DNA of 64,000 nucleotides, from contig CAWFKQ010000007.1 in assembly GCA_963816395.1 (NCBI GenBank), forward strand, positions 128,001-192,000, written 5' to 3'. The translations under genes were made by a program, and so were the position numbers. This DNA is from an uncultured delta proteobacterium (lineage in GTDB: Bacteria > Desulfobacterota > Desulfuromonadia > Desulfuromonadales > JACZKF01). Shown here in pieces: positions 42,869 to 55,113 of the stretch. The stretch's first letter is position 1. Each line of letters starts with the position of its first letter. Under the pieces are notes generated by a model. That model saw nothing but the letters and a program-made list of their open reading frames with translations. It was not told the origin of the DNA and did no database searches.

Positions 42869-43909
42869 CTATTTCTCCTTGTTCTTTATCTCAAATTCCT
42901 CCAACAGCTTGCTGATCCGATGAAGTTCCTTGCGCATCTCCGGCAGCTTTGGAAAAGTCATAGCGGCCTTCAACCATTCTTTGTGCGGCATCACCGGAGC
43001 CCCGGAGAGCACCTGCCCCCCCTCGATGTTGTTGCTCACCCCGCCGCGGGCCCCGATGGTCACCTTATCGCCAATGGTGATATGACCGGCGATACCGGCC
43101 TGTCCGCCGAAAGTGCAATGGCGGCCGATTCTGGTACTGCCGGCGATGCCCACCTGAGAGACGATGATAGTGTCCTCGCCGACATCGACGTTATGGGCGA
43201 TCTGCACCAGGTTGTCGACCTTCACCCCCCGGCGAATCCGGGTCACCCCAAGGGTGGCCCGGTCGATGCACGTGGCGGCACCGATTTCCACGTCATCCTC
43301 AACCACCACAATCCCTACCTGCGGGATCTTGAAATACCGTTCACCGTCGGGGGCAAAACCAAAACCGTCGGAACCGATGATCGCCGACGGCTGAACGATC
43401 ACCCGGTCCCCCAGGCAGCAACCCTCCCGTATCACGACCGCGGCGTGCAGAGTGCATTGCTCGCCGATGACGACATCGGCGTAGAGCACCACCCCGGGAT
43501 GAAGGATCGTTCCTTTTCCCAGCCGCACCCGTTCGCCGACCACACACCCGGGGTGGACGGTAATGCCATCGGCGAGCACGGCACTCGGATGCACATGGGC
43601 TCCGGGAAGAATCCCCCGGGGTTCCGGCCGCTGCCCCTTGAAAAAGGTCAGAATCCTGGCAAAAGCCAGGTAGGGATTGGCGCAGACCAGAAGATTATGC
43701 CCGGGTGCAGCCATTCCCGGTGCGACGATAACGGCGGCGGCGCGGGAATCCTGCAGCCGGCCCAGGTACTTCGGGTTGGAGATGAAGGTGATTTCCCCTT
43801 CGCCGGCGGCGTCAATGGGAGCCAGCCCGCGAATCGTCACCTCTCCGTCACCGACGACCTTCCCGCCGACCAGTTCGGCCAGTGCCCTGAGCGTCGCGGC
43901 CACATTCAC
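42869..43909 (-). CDS. lpxD: UDP-3-O-acyl-glucosamine N-acyltransferase
   Basis: NPYLAF, GSDGFGF, KIPQVG and DNLVQIAHN. Confidence 0.97.
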   Translation of the reverse strand: MNVAATLRALAELVGGKVVGDGEVTIRGLAPIDAAGEGEITFISNPKYLGRLQDSRAAAVIVAPGMAAPGHNLLVCANPYLAFARILTFFKGQRPEPRGILPGAHVHPSAVLADGITVHPGCVVGERVRLGKGTILHPGVVLYADVVIGEQCTLHAAVVIREGCCLGDRVIVQPSAIIGSDGFGFAPDGERYFKIPQVGIVVVEDDVEIGAATCIDRATLGVTRIRRGVKVDNLVQIAHNVDVGEDTIIVSQVGIAGSTRIGRHCTFGGQAGIAGHITIGDKVTIGARGGVSNNIEGGQVLSGAPVMPHKEWLKAAMTFPKLPEMRKELHRISKLLEEFEIKNKEK

Positions 43910-43912
43910 CTC

Positions 43913-44437
43913 CTACTTGCCGGCAGTTTTCTTTTTGCTGGTGTCGTAGGCCTTGATCACCTGATCGGTGAGATCGATCTTATCATCAGCATAGATAATC
44001 GATCCTTCGTTCTGTTCCAGGACCAGCGTATAGCCTTCCTTCTGACCGATTTCCTTGACCACCTTGAACAGTTCCTCGATAATCTGCTTGGTGTAATCAT
44101 TATCCTTCTGCTGCAGTTCCTCCTGGATGTCCTTGGTGAAGCGCTGGTAATCTTTCACCTTCTGCTGATATTCCCGCTCCTTGGCGGAATGGGCGTCCTC
44201 CGAGAGAACCATGGCCTGCTTGTCCAGCTCATCCTTGAGATTTTTCAGTTCCTTCTGCCTTGCCTCTACCGTACCCTTGTATTCCTGAACCTTCTTGGCG
44301 ATCTTTTCTTTGGCATCCTTGCCCGCCGCGGACAGATTCAGCGCTTTTTGCAGATCGACATAGCCTATCTTATCGGCGGCCAGAGCCGGAGTGGCCAGAA
44401 GCAGGCCGGCCAGAAGCAAAACAACAAGCCGTTTCAT
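43913..44437 (-). CDS. skp: OmpH/Skp periplasmic chaperone
   Basis: Signal peptide, KIGYVD, coiled coil and DLTDQVI. Confidence 0.93.
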   Translation of the reverse strand: MKRLVVLLLAGLLLATPALAADKIGYVDLQKALNLSAAGKDAKEKIAKKVQEYKGTVEARQKELKNLKDELDKQAMVLSEDAHSAKEREYQQKVKDYQRFTKDIQEELQQKDNDYTKQIIEELFKVVKEIGQKEGYTLVLEQNEGSIIYADDKIDLTDQVIKAYDTSKKKTAGK

Positions 44438-44461
44438 AAACTTCTCCTTGTGCTGTCAGTG

Positions 44462-46750
44462 TTAAAAGAAACTTCCGATGGAAAAATCGAAAGCCGAGTG
44501 GGGTTCCCCTTCCCGTGGATCGAGATTGTAGCCCCATTCCAGACGCAGCGGCCCGAGCGGACTGAACCAGCGGATCCCCCCCCCGACGCTGTAGCGAAGA
44601 TCTGAGAAATATTCCTCTCCCTCTCCCCAGGCATTCCCCGTATCAAAGAAGAAAAGCCCTTTCAGGTTCAATTCCTTGAGCAGCGGAAAGGTATATTCCA
44701 GATTGAAATAGGCTTCCTTGTTGCCGCCGATGAATTCAAAATCCTCACTGGATGTCACGGCGCCCGTAGCTGGGTCGACGACATCCTTCCGAACGCGGAT
44801 GCGCGGTCCGAGCTCGCGCGATTTAAAGCCACGCATGGTGTTGAGCCCACCGAGGAAAAAACGCTCATCGATGGGAATATCTTCCCCGCCGATCCCCCGA
44901 ATATAGCCGAGGTGGCCATGCGCCGAAAAGACCGTGCCCCATTTCAGAGGGAAGAAGTGCCGGTAATCGAGGTTCCCCTGGACGAATTTTTCCGTACCCC
45001 CCAGTCCGGCGACCTCAACCGTTGCCGAGGCAACGGAACCCCGGGTGGGATCGAGGCGGTAATCGGTGGTATCCCGGGTCAGCGTGCTGCTGATGGAAGA
45101 GAGGGTGGAGCTTCCTTCCTGCTCCCGGATAAACAGGGAAGCCGACTCGTCCACATCGAGGATTTTCTTCTCCTCGTAGCGGTAAAGAAAGAAGGCGCGG
45201 GTTTTCTCGGTGACCGGGAAACCGAGCTTGAGATCGCCCCCGAGACTCTTTTTGGTAAAATCGATCCAGTCCCTGTCGGTCTTGTAGAGGTCGAAGCCGA
45301 GGGTGAGATCATGGTCGAGAAACCAGGGGTCGGTCAGGCCCAGCTGGTAGGTCGTGGTGCGGCTGCCCAAAGAGGTGGCGAGATTGAGCTTGAGTGCCCG
45401 GCCGAGGAAATTCGTCTGGCTTACCGAGGCCTGGCCGATGACTCCATCGACAGAGGAATAACCCGCACCGACGCTGAAGGTTCCGGTCGGGCGCTCCTTG
45501 ACGTCCACCTTGACGTCCATGTGCGATTCATCGACCCCCTTGCTGGTTGCAACGTTCACCTCGTCGAAGAAACCCAGGTTGTTGATCTTGCGCCGGCTTT
45601 CCTTGAGCTGGCTGGCGCTGTAGAGATCCCCCTCGACAATCGGCATCTCGCGGCGGATAACTTTGTCGCGCGTTTTGGTGTTGCCGTTGATGCGGATGCG
45701 ATCAATGGTTACCAGAGTCCCCTGCTCGATGTCCAGCATCAGGTTGACTGTCAGTTTTTCGGGATTGACCCGGGTCAGGGGGGAAACGTTGACATAGGCA
45801 TAGCCGCGGTCGGCATACAGGTCGTTGATGGCGAGAATACTCTCGCGCAGCAGCTGACGGTCGAAAATGTCGCCCTGGTGCAGCTTGACCAGGGCCAGAA
45901 TCTCCTCGCGCCCCTTCAACAGATCCCCCTGGACACCCACATCGCCAACCCGGAACTGCTTGCCCTCGTCGATATCGATCAGGATGTCCATCGACTTTTT
46001 ATCTTCGCTGAGGGAAATCTGCGGCTGATGAACTTTTACCTGCACATAACCCTTGTTGTAGTACTGGTCGGCAACAATCTCCAGATCGTTCTGCAAGACC
46101 TGTTCATTATAGGTCCCGCGGCTGGTCAGCCAGGAGAAAATCCAGCGTTCCTTGGTCTCCATCACCTTGCGCAACTGTTTGTCGGTGAAGACCTCGTTGC
46201 CGTTAAAACGGATGTTGCGGACAAGGACCTTCTCCCCCTCCTTGACGTGGAAGGTGAGGGTCCCCTCGTTCTCGCCCTTGACCGCCATTTCCGGCGCCGC
46301 GGTAGCGGCATAATAGCCTTCTTCGAGATAGGCTTTGCGGATTGCGGCAACGGTCGCCTCGACCTGCTGCGGGTTATAGATCTCCGGAGGCTTGAAGGTC
46401 AGGAGCCCGCGCAATTTCTCGTCGGAGAGTTCTTTGTTGCCGGTAAACTCGACCTGGCGCACCAGCGGCTGCTCGGCAACCCGGTAGACCAGCACCGAGA
46501 CACCGTCGCGTTTTTCGATCTCCGCGCTCACGTCGTGGAACTTGCCGAGCCGAAAGATGGCGTGCAGATCCCGGTCGATGGCCTCCTGGCCGACCTCTCC
46601 CGGTTGAGCGGACACTACCGCCCGGATCGCCCCCTGATCGACCCGGTGGTTTCCCTCGATGGCAATTTCATTGATCTTGTAAGTCTGCGCCAGCACTAAG
46701 CCGGGAAACAGCAGAAGCAGCAGAAAACCCAGAACCGCCTTGCGGGCCAT
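44462..46750 (-). CDS. bamA: Outer membrane protein assembly factor
   Basis: POTRA repeats, GNTKTRDKVIRRE, MRGF and a C-terminal Phe. Confidence 0.97.
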   Translation of the reverse strand: MARKAVLGFLLLLLFPGLVLAQTYKINEIAIEGNHRVDQGAIRAVVSAQPGEVGQEAIDRDLHAIFRLGKFHDVSAEIEKRDGVSVLVYRVAEQPLVRQVEFTGNKELSDEKLRGLLTFKPPEIYNPQQVEATVAAIRKAYLEEGYYAATAAPEMAVKGENEGTLTFHVKEGEKVLVRNIRFNGNEVFTDKQLRKVMETKERWIFSWLTSRGTYNEQVLQNDLEIVADQYYNKGYVQVKVHQPQISLSEDKKSMDILIDIDEGKQFRVGDVGVQGDLLKGREEILALVKLHQGDIFDRQLLRESILAINDLYADRGYAYVNVSPLTRVNPEKLTVNLMLDIEQGTLVTIDRIRINGNTKTRDKVIRREMPIVEGDLYSASQLKESRRKINNLGFFDEVNVATSKGVDESHMDVKVDVKERPTGTFSVGAGYSSVDGVIGQASVSQTNFLGRALKLNLATSLGSRTTTYQLGLTDPWFLDHDLTLGFDLYKTDRDWIDFTKKSLGGDLKLGFPVTEKTRAFFLYRYEEKKILDVDESASLFIREQEGSSTLSSISSTLTRDTTDYRLDPTRGSVASATVEVAGLGGTEKFVQGNLDYRHFFPLKWGTVFSAHGHLGYIRGIGGEDIPIDERFFLGGLNTMRGFKSRELGPRIRVRKDVVDPATGAVTSSEDFEFIGGNKEAYFNLEYTFPLLKELNLKGLFFFDTGNAWGEGEEYFSDLRYSVGGGIRWFSPLGPLRLEWGYNLDPREGEPHSAFDFSIGSFF

Positions 46751-46789
46751 TAATTCTAATCTCCATCCGGATAGCAGTGAAAGTGGGGT

Positions 46790-46819
46790 ATTTTAGACAA
46801 ATACCGGAGGGGGTGTAAA
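46790..46819 (-). promoter_or_regulatory. Candidate sigma70 promoter for bamA
   Basis: TTTACA-18 nt-TAAAAT on the minus strand. Confidence 0.5.
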
Positions 46820-46831
46820 CCAAAAAACTTT

Positions 46832-47494
46832 TTAGAGAATACGGCCATCTTCCATGTGCACGATCCGGTCGAGACGGTTCGCCAGCGTCTCACTGTGGGT
46901 AACCACCAGCATGGTTAATCCGTGTCGGCGATGCAGCTCCTGCAGCAGACGGTAGATGGATTCCGAGGTTCGGCTGTCCAGATTGCCGGTCGGCTCATCG
47001 GCCAGCAGCAGGCGCGGGGACATGATCAGCGCCCGGGCAATGGCCACCCGCTGCTGCTCGCCACCGGAGAGTTCCCCGGGTTTATGGTCCAGACGATGCT
47101 CCAGACCCACTTCCCGCAGCAGTTCCGTAGCCCGCCCGGCCGCCTCGCCTCGGCTGCTGCGGGCAATCAGCGAGGGCATCATGACGTTTTCCAGGGCGCT
47201 GAATTCGGGAAGAAGCTGATGAAACTGGAAGACGAAACCAACCGTCCGGTTGCGAAAGGCGTCGAGAGCCGGCCCCCGCAAGGAAAAAAGGTCAGTCCCT
47301 TCGATGAGCACCTGACCGCCGGAGGGCTGGTCGAGGGCACCGAGAATATGCATCAGCGTCGTCTTGCCGGCACCGGAAGCCCCAACCACCGCCAATCGTT
47401 CCCCGAGCCCAACGGCGAGATCGATGCCGCGCAGCACCTCCACCCGCCGCTGACTGGAGTTGAAGCTTTTGGTCAATTGTCTTATTTCGATCAT
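46832..47494 (-). CDS. lolD: Lipoprotein-releasing ABC transporter ATPase
   Basis: [29 protein letters not shown] and DEPTGNLD. Confidence 0.93.
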   Translation of the reverse strand: MIEIRQLTKSFNSSQRRVEVLRGIDLAVGLGERLAVVGASGAGKTTLMHILGALDQPSGGQVLIEGTDLFSLRGPALDAFRNRTVGFVFQFHQLLPEFSALENVMMPSLIARSSRGEAAGRATELLREVGLEHRLDHKPGELSGGEQQRVAIARALIMSPRLLLADEPTGNLDSRTSESIYRLLQELHRRHGLTMLVVTHSETLANRLDRIVHMEDGRIL

Positions 47495-47520
47495 AAAAAT
47501 CCAGACCGGAGATTATGCAA

Positions 47521-47550
47521 CCTCTTGCCTCTAGCCTCTTGCCCCTTGCC
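47521..47550. repeat. Heptamer tandem CCTCTTG CCTCTAG CCTCTTG CCCCTTG
   Basis: Read directly in the lolC/E-lolD spacer. Confidence 0.9.
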
Positions 47551-47555
47551 GGCGT

Positions 47556-48812
47556 TTACTCATAACGCAGCGCTTCCCCCGGGTCCATCCGCGCGGCCCG
47601 CCAGGCGGGATAGACGGTGGCCAGGAGGGAAATGCTCATTGCCACCGCTATAACCGTCAGCACGTCCGATGGGTTGACGACTGAAGGAAACTTGTCCATG
47701 CCATAGACCGCCTGGTCGAAAATCTTGATTTTCAGCATGTGCTCGAGCCCTTTGATGATCGAATCGGCATTTTTGGCCAGCAGCAGGCCGAGCCCTGTCC
47801 CCATGGCGGTGCCGAGGGTGCCGATGACGAGGCCTTCGAGGATAAAAATTTTCATGATGCTGCCGGCATTCGCGCCCATGGAACGAAGAATGGCAATGTC
47901 CTTGTGCTTTTCCATGACAACCATGATCAGGGTGGTGGCGATATTGAAGGCGGCTACCAGGACAATGATCGCCAGAACGATGAACAGACCGAGCTTTTCC
48001 AGGCGAAGAGCGGAGAGGAAAGAGCCGAACAGGTCTTCCCAGGAACGAACCACGAAGGGGAAATCGAGCTGCTGACGCAGTTTGCTGGCAACCGGATTGG
48101 CCTGGTCGTAAGAGTCCACGTCGATGGCGATCCCGGTCACCGCCCCATCGGCGCCGAAGAACTTCTGCGCCTCGGCGAAGGGGATATAGGCGAAATAGGT
48201 ATCCATGAAGCCACCGTGCTGGCGGAAGATACCGACCACCCGGAAGGGCTTCATCTTCGGGATCATGCCGAAAGGGGTGATGGTAAACATCGGCGGGATG
48301 ACATTGATCGAATCACCGACCGCTATCCCCAGGGTGGCGGCGGTGTCCTGGCCGATGATGATCCCGGGCAGGCTCCCCTTCACGGGGTGAAAAAGGAGTG
48401 ACTCAGCCGGCTGATTTTCGATGGTAAGAAATTTCAGGCTGAATATCTTGTCGCCCGGCTGCACCCCCTTGACATTGACTGCCGCCACATTGCGCTGTGA
48501 CAGGAGCATTGCCTCTTTGGAGACGAAAGGGGTCACCGCAGTGATGTGCGGCGAGGCGCTGCGGGCAATATCCACCACCTTCTGGTAGTTTTCGATGTCC
48601 TGCCCATACTTCTGAATCAGGACGTGCGGCACGTTGCCCAGGATCTGCTGCCGTACGCCATCGTGAAAACCCGTCATCACCGCCAGCACGACGATAAGCG
48701 CGGCCACCCCCAGGGTCACTCCGGCGATGGAGATGAAGGAGATGACCGAGATGAAAGTCTGCTTGCGCTTCGCCCGCAGATAGCGCAGGCTGACGAACCA
48801 TTCGTAGGACAT
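47556..48812 (-). CDS. Lipoprotein-releasing ABC transporter permease (LolC/E family)
   Basis: LRYLRAKRK, VLAVMTGF, VAAFNI and PGEALRYE. Confidence 0.93.
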   Translation of the reverse strand: MSYEWFVSLRYLRAKRKQTFISVISFISIAGVTLGVAALIVVLAVMTGFHDGVRQQILGNVPHVLIQKYGQDIENYQKVVDIARSASPHITAVTPFVSKEAMLLSQRNVAAVNVKGVQPGDKIFSLKFLTIENQPAESLLFHPVKGSLPGIIIGQDTAATLGIAVGDSINVIPPMFTITPFGMIPKMKPFRVVGIFRQHGGFMDTYFAYIPFAEAQKFFGADGAVTGIAIDVDSYDQANPVASKLRQQLDFPFVVRSWEDLFGSFLSALRLEKLGLFIVLAIIVLVAAFNIATTLIMVVMEKHKDIAILRSMGANAGSIMKIFILEGLVIGTLGTAMGTGLGLLLAKNADSIIKGLEHMLKIKIFDQAVYGMDKFPSVVNPSDVLTVIAVAMSISLLATVYPAWRAARMDPGEALRYE

Positions 48813-48819
48813 AGAATCC

Positions 48820-48900
48820 AGGCAAGAGGCTGGAGGCTAGAGGCAAGAGGGAATGACTTAAGGGGTTTTCCTCAAGCCGCTAGCCTCGTGCCTCTTGCCT
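48820..48900. repeat. Palindromic heptamer element (AGGCAAG-type x4 ... CCTCTTG-type x4)
   Basis: Arms at 48820-48850 and 48870-48900 fill the lysS-lolC/E spacer. Confidence 0.9.
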
Positions 48901-48907
48901 GCATTTA

Positions 48908-50390
<1,483 letters not shown>

Positions 50391-50498
50391 CAAAACACCT
50401 TTCATCCGGTCTTTTCCGGCTGATAACCTTATACCCGCCTTCCGGGCAAGTCAAGGGCAAAGCCGGCAGCAAGCGGCTTCCCCGGCGCGGTCAAAAGG

Positions 50499-51594
50499 CT
50501 ATCGCCGGCTCAGGAGATAGCTCTCGATAAAGCCATCGAGATCGCCGTCGAGAACAGCGTCCGTATTACCCACCTCGTGACTGGTGCGGTGGTCCTTGAC
50601 CATGCGATAGGGATGCAGGACATAGGAGCGAATCTGACTTCCCCAGCCGATTTCCTTTTTTTCACCGGTAATGGCAGCCGTTTCTTCCTCTTTTTTCCGC
50701 ATTTCCAGTTCGTACAGGCGGGCCTTGAGCTGGCGCATGGCGGTGGCGCGGTTCTTGTGCTGGGAACGTTCGTTCTGACAGGCGACCACGATACCGGTGG
50801 GCACATGAGTAATGCGGATCGCCGATTCGGTTTTGTTGACGTGCTGGCCGCCAGCGCCGCTGGACCGGTAGGTGTCGACCCGCAGGTCCTTCTCGTCGAT
50901 TTCCACCTCTACCTCGTCGGAAAGTTCGGGAAAGACGAAAACCGAAGAAAAGGAGGTATGGCGGCGGGCATTGGAATCGAAAGGGGAGATGCGCACCAGC
51001 CGGTGAATGCCGATTTCTGCCTTCAGGTAGCCATAGGCGTATTCCCCCTCGGCGGTGAAAGTGACCCCTTTGATACCGGCCTCCTCTCCCGGCTGGTAAT
51101 CGGTGATTTCGGTCCTGTACCCTTTCTTCTCGCAGTAGCGAAGATACATGCGCAGCAGCATCTCCGCCCAGTCCTGGGCTTCGGTGCCTCCGGCGCCAGC
51201 ATTGATGCTGACAATGGCATTGTTGGCGTCGTGCTCGCCGGAGAGCATGCGGGCGAATTCCATCTTCGCCACTTTCTGCTCCAGCAATGGCAGCAAATCG
51301 CGGATCTCGGCGAGGGTATCCTCGTCCTCGCCTTCCTCTCCCAATTCGGCCAGAACCCGCAGATCCTCCAGTTCCTGGAAGGCTTCTTCCCAGGACTCGA
51401 CATTTTTCTGCAGGCCGGTACGCTCCCGCAGCAGTTCCTGCGCCCGCTCCCCCTGGTTCCAGAAATCGGGGCGAGCGATCTCCGCCTCCAGCTCGGCAAC
51501 CCTTTCCTTCTTGCCGGCTACGTCAAAGATACCCCCTCAGCTCATCGAGCTTTCCCTTGATATTCTCCAGGACCTCTTTTTCGTCGCGAAACAT
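50499..51594 (-). CDS. prfB: Peptide chain release factor 2 with programmed +1 frameshift
   Basis: 23-codon first ORF ends AGGGGG-TAT-CTT-TGA-C at about 51522-51537; SPF and GGQ motifs in the second frame. Confidence 0.97.
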
Positions 51595-51627
51595 CGTCGA
51601 TCTCCTTATGGCGAAATGAGTGGCGGA

Positions 51628-51936
51628 TTATAGCGGCTGCCGGCGGTTCGGGCAAGGATTCGTTGCCGGCTGCAGTTCGACCAGGGTCGCTCCCCAGCCG
51701 CCGGCCTCCTCACCGGCCAACCGGAAAGAGGCGACCTCGGGACAGCGGCGCAGGATGGCGTGGACTCGACGCTGCAGGACGCCTGTTCCCTTGCCGTGAA
51801 TGATGCGCATCGACAGGATGCCCCTTTCTCGGCAGGCGGCCAGATAGTCCGGGATCAGATCGCCGATTTCGCCTGGCTGGAAGGTGTGCAGGTCGAGGAC
51901 GCCGTCGATGGGGAGAATGAAAGGTTCTTCTTCCAT
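51628..51936 (-). CDS. Stand-alone Smr domain protein
   Basis: LDLHTF, IIHGKGTG and GGWGAT. Confidence 0.9.
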   Translation of the reverse strand: MEEEPFILPIDGVLDLHTFQPGEIGDLIPDYLAACRERGILSMRIIHGKGTGVLQRRVHAILRRCPEVASFRLAGEEAGGWGATLVELQPATNPCPNRRQPL

Positions 51937-51949
51937 GGCCCCCTCCTCT

Positions 51950-53475
51950 TTACTTACCGCCGAATCGCCGGCGAGTGCATGCCAGCCAGAGCAGACCGAC
52001 GGCAATGAAGGCGGCGGGGAAGACGTCGCCGATGCGGTTATACAGGGTTGATCGGGCACCGAGACCGACTTTACCGGTAAGAGCCGTGGCTTCGAACAGC
52101 GGGGTACGAGCGAGAATGCGCCCGGCCGGAGTAATGAAGGCGCTCACCCCAGTGTTGGCGGCGCGGGCGACCCACACCCGGTTTTCCACCGCCCGGAAAC
52201 GGGTCATCGCCAGAAGCTGGTAGGGAGCAGAGGAGCGTCCGAACCAGGCGTCGTTGGTAATGTTGACCAGCAGGTCGCTGCCTCGCCGCACGTAATCGCG
52301 GGCCAGTTCCGGGAAGATCCCTTCGTAACAGACCAGAACCCCGGCGTTGGCGCCGTCCATCGGCAACGGGCTGACTGTGCCGGGGGAGAAATCGCCGATA
52401 CCCACAGCCAATTTATTGACGAAGGGGAGGAAACGGCCGAAGGGGACATATTCCCCAAAGGGCACCAGATGCACTTTGTCGCTGCGTCCAAGCAGACGGC
52501 CGTCGGCGCCAAGGAGAAATGCGCTGTCCAGATACTCTGTGCGCCGGTTTATCCGCTCGTAGGCGGGGCTGCCGAAGAGCAGGAAAGCACCGGCACGACG
52601 GGGAATTGCAGCCACTTCCGCCTGCAGGAGGCTGGGATCCTGGAAGTAAAAGGGAGTGGCGCTCTCCGGCCACACCACCAGATCGAGATTTTTCCCGGTC
52701 GGCCGCCGCCCGAGTCAGCTTACTGTAGATCTCGATAGTGGCCTGCCGGAAGGCGGGATCCCACTTTTTCGCCTGATCGATGTTGCCCTGGACCAGTGCC
52801 ACCTTCAGCGTCTTCTCCCGGCTCGTCCAGGTCCTGCTGCAGGCGGAAATGACCGTAAACCAGATTGGCGAGAAAAAGAATGGCGGCTATCACCACCCCT
52901 TTCCACGGTAGTGAACCGACTTCCCGCCGCCAGAGCCAGCGGAGCGCCCCGGCCAGGGCAGCATTGGCCATGACGATCAGGTAGCTCAGTCCATAGACGC
53001 CGAACAGGTCGGCCGACTGAATCAGCAGCGGATGACTCTGCTGGGAATAGCCGAGCAGCCCCCAGGGAAAACCGGTGAGGAGAAATGAGCGGGCAAACTC
53101 CAGGGCGACCCAGAGGACCGGCAAGGTCAGGACGATGGAAAGACCGAGTTTCTCGCGCAGACGGCAGGCAGCCCACGTGGCGGCACCGAAGAAAAGGGAG
53201 AGATAGCCGACCAGCAGCAGGTAGGCTATGACAGAAAACACCGGGTTCATCCGCCCGTAGGTGGTCATGACGATGTTCAGCCAGTACAGCACCAGGCCAA
53301 AGAAGCCGATTCCGGCGGCAAAACCGCTGCCGAAGGGTCTGCGGGGCATGACCAGGAACACCGGGACCAGGGCGAACCATGCCAGGCTCGCCACATCCGG
53401 GCGGGGAAAGGCGAGGGCCAGGAGCAGACCGGCAAAAAATGACCAGAGGATACTCCGGTCGGGCAGGTACCGCAT
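51950..53475 (-). CDS. lnt: Apolipoprotein N-acyltransferase (frameshifts at about 52690-52820)
   Basis: [34 protein letters not shown] and NDAWF. Confidence 0.95.
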
Positions 53476-53480
53476 CGGAC

Positions 53481-54356
53481 TCAGTTCTCGCTTTCCAAAG
53501 CCGGAACAGTGCGGCGAATTCGGACCTTGCGGATTTTGCGGGGATCACTTTCCATTACCGTCAGCAGCAACTCGCCATCGCGGATCTCTTCGCCTTCCGC
53601 GGGGACGTGCCCGAACAGGTTGAACAGGTAGCCGCCAACGGTATCAAATTTTTCGCGGGGAATGGTGATGTTGAAGTGTTCTTCCACTTCCTCGATATTC
53701 AACCGGCCGTCGACCAGAAGACTGCCGTCCTCCTCCTGCTGCAACCAGACTTCCTCGAGGTCGTATTCATCCTGAATATCGCCGACGATCTCCTCGATCA
53801 GATCCTCGATGGTGATCAGGCCGGAAGTGCCGCCGTATTCGTCGATGGCAATCGCCATATGCACCCGCTTGGTGCGGAATTCCTGAAGGAGTTCCTCAAT
53901 ATTCTTCGTTTCCGGCACAAAATAGGGGGTACGCATGACGCGGGGAACTTCCACCTCCTCCGGCGGCCGCCCCCAGAACCGCAGGAGATCCTTGGCGTAG
54001 ATCACCCCGACGATACGGTCATTCGAGCCCTCGTAAATGGGGATGCGGGAATGCCCCGAGGAGATTATGGCCTCCAGAATCTGGTTCAAGGTGGCACTGG
54101 TCGGGCAGGATACCATGCCGGTGCGGGGAACCATTACCTCCCGGACAATGGTCTCGCCGAACTCGAAGATGGAATGGAGCATTTCCCCTTCCCCTTCGTT
54201 GATGATTCCCTCCTCCTCCGATTCCAGGATCACCGCCTGCAGTTCCTTCTCGGTCAGAACCCGCCGGCGGCCGAAAAAAATCCGTCGCAATACCTCCGTC
54301 CAGGATGGCAATCGGCCGTTGATCCGGCCGTTGGTACTGTTACTCTCGTCTTCCAA
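53481..54356 (-). CDS. corC: CBS-CorC/HlyC domain protein (CorC/YbeX)
   Basis: VREVMVPR, HSRIPIY, DEYGGTSG and IVGDIQDEYD. Confidence 0.88.
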   Translation of the reverse strand: MEDESNSTNGRINGRLPSWTEVLRRIFFGRRRVLTEKELQAVILESEEEGIINEGEGEMLHSIFEFGETIVREVMVPRTGMVSCPTSATLNQILEAIISSGHSRIPIYEGSNDRIVGVIYAKDLLRFWGRPPEEVEVPRVMRTPYFVPETKNIEELLQEFRTKRVHMAIAIDEYGGTSGLITIEDLIEEIVGDIQDEYDLEEVWLQQEEDGSLLVDGRLNIEEVEEHFNITIPREKFDTVGGYLFNLFGHVPAEGEEIRDGELLLTVMESDPRKIRKVRIRRTVPALESEN

Positions 54357-54389
54357 GACCCCTTTCCTCCTTACGTCGGTTTTTAGAAG

Positions 54390-55113
54390 CTAATTGTACG
54401 CAAAAACAAGATAGATCGCCAGTGTCACACCCGCTCCCAGCAGGGCACCCGCGATCACTTCCCGCAGGGTATGGATTTTCAACAGCAGGCGACTGTGGCT
54501 GACCATCGCCGCCATGGCGACGATCAGCAGGCATAAGCAGCGGCGGCACATTGGACAGGACAATGCTGGTGGCAATGGAGAAGGCCACCGCCGAGTGCCC
54601 GCTCGGCATGCCGCCATGCAGGGGCGCCCCCTGGCCGAACCGGGCCTTGAGGAGAACCACCAGGATGATAACGGTCAACCCGGAGACAACTGAAAGCTCT
54701 CCCGGCGGAGGCTGTGCCAAGGCGCCGAAGGTCGCCTCCAGTCGGGGCAGGATGCGGGGCGACAGGGCCAGGTAACCGATCAGCACCGCCCCGATGCTGG
54801 ACACCAGGACCGCCCCGGCGGCCACATCCTTGGCCCTTTGCGCCAGGGGATGAAACTCGGGGGAAACCAGATCGACAATCACTTCCAGAGAGGTGTTGAT
54901 CAGTTCGGCGAACAAAACCAGAGTGACGGCGAAGGTCAGGAGGATAAACTCAAGGGCGGTGATCCGGAAAAGAAGCGCCAGCAGCAAAACCGCCACCGCG
55001 GCGATGAAATGCCAGCGCATATGCCGCTGGGACCGGGCGGTCCAGAGGATCCCCTCGATGGCACAGTTGACGCTCTCCAGCCAAGTGCCGGGTTTGAGTT
55101 TTCTGGTGGTCAC
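54390..55113 (-). CDS. dgkA: Diacylglycerol/undecaprenol kinase fused to a PAP2-like domain (frameshift near 54535)
   Basis: AELINTSLE...AKDVAAGAV, then GMPSGHS and SRLLLKIH. Confidence 0.85.

Noticed and set aside
50428..50454. Candidate lysS promoter (TTGACT ... TATAAG)
   Set aside because: The spacer is 15 nt to the best -10 box; plausible but too weak to list as a feature.
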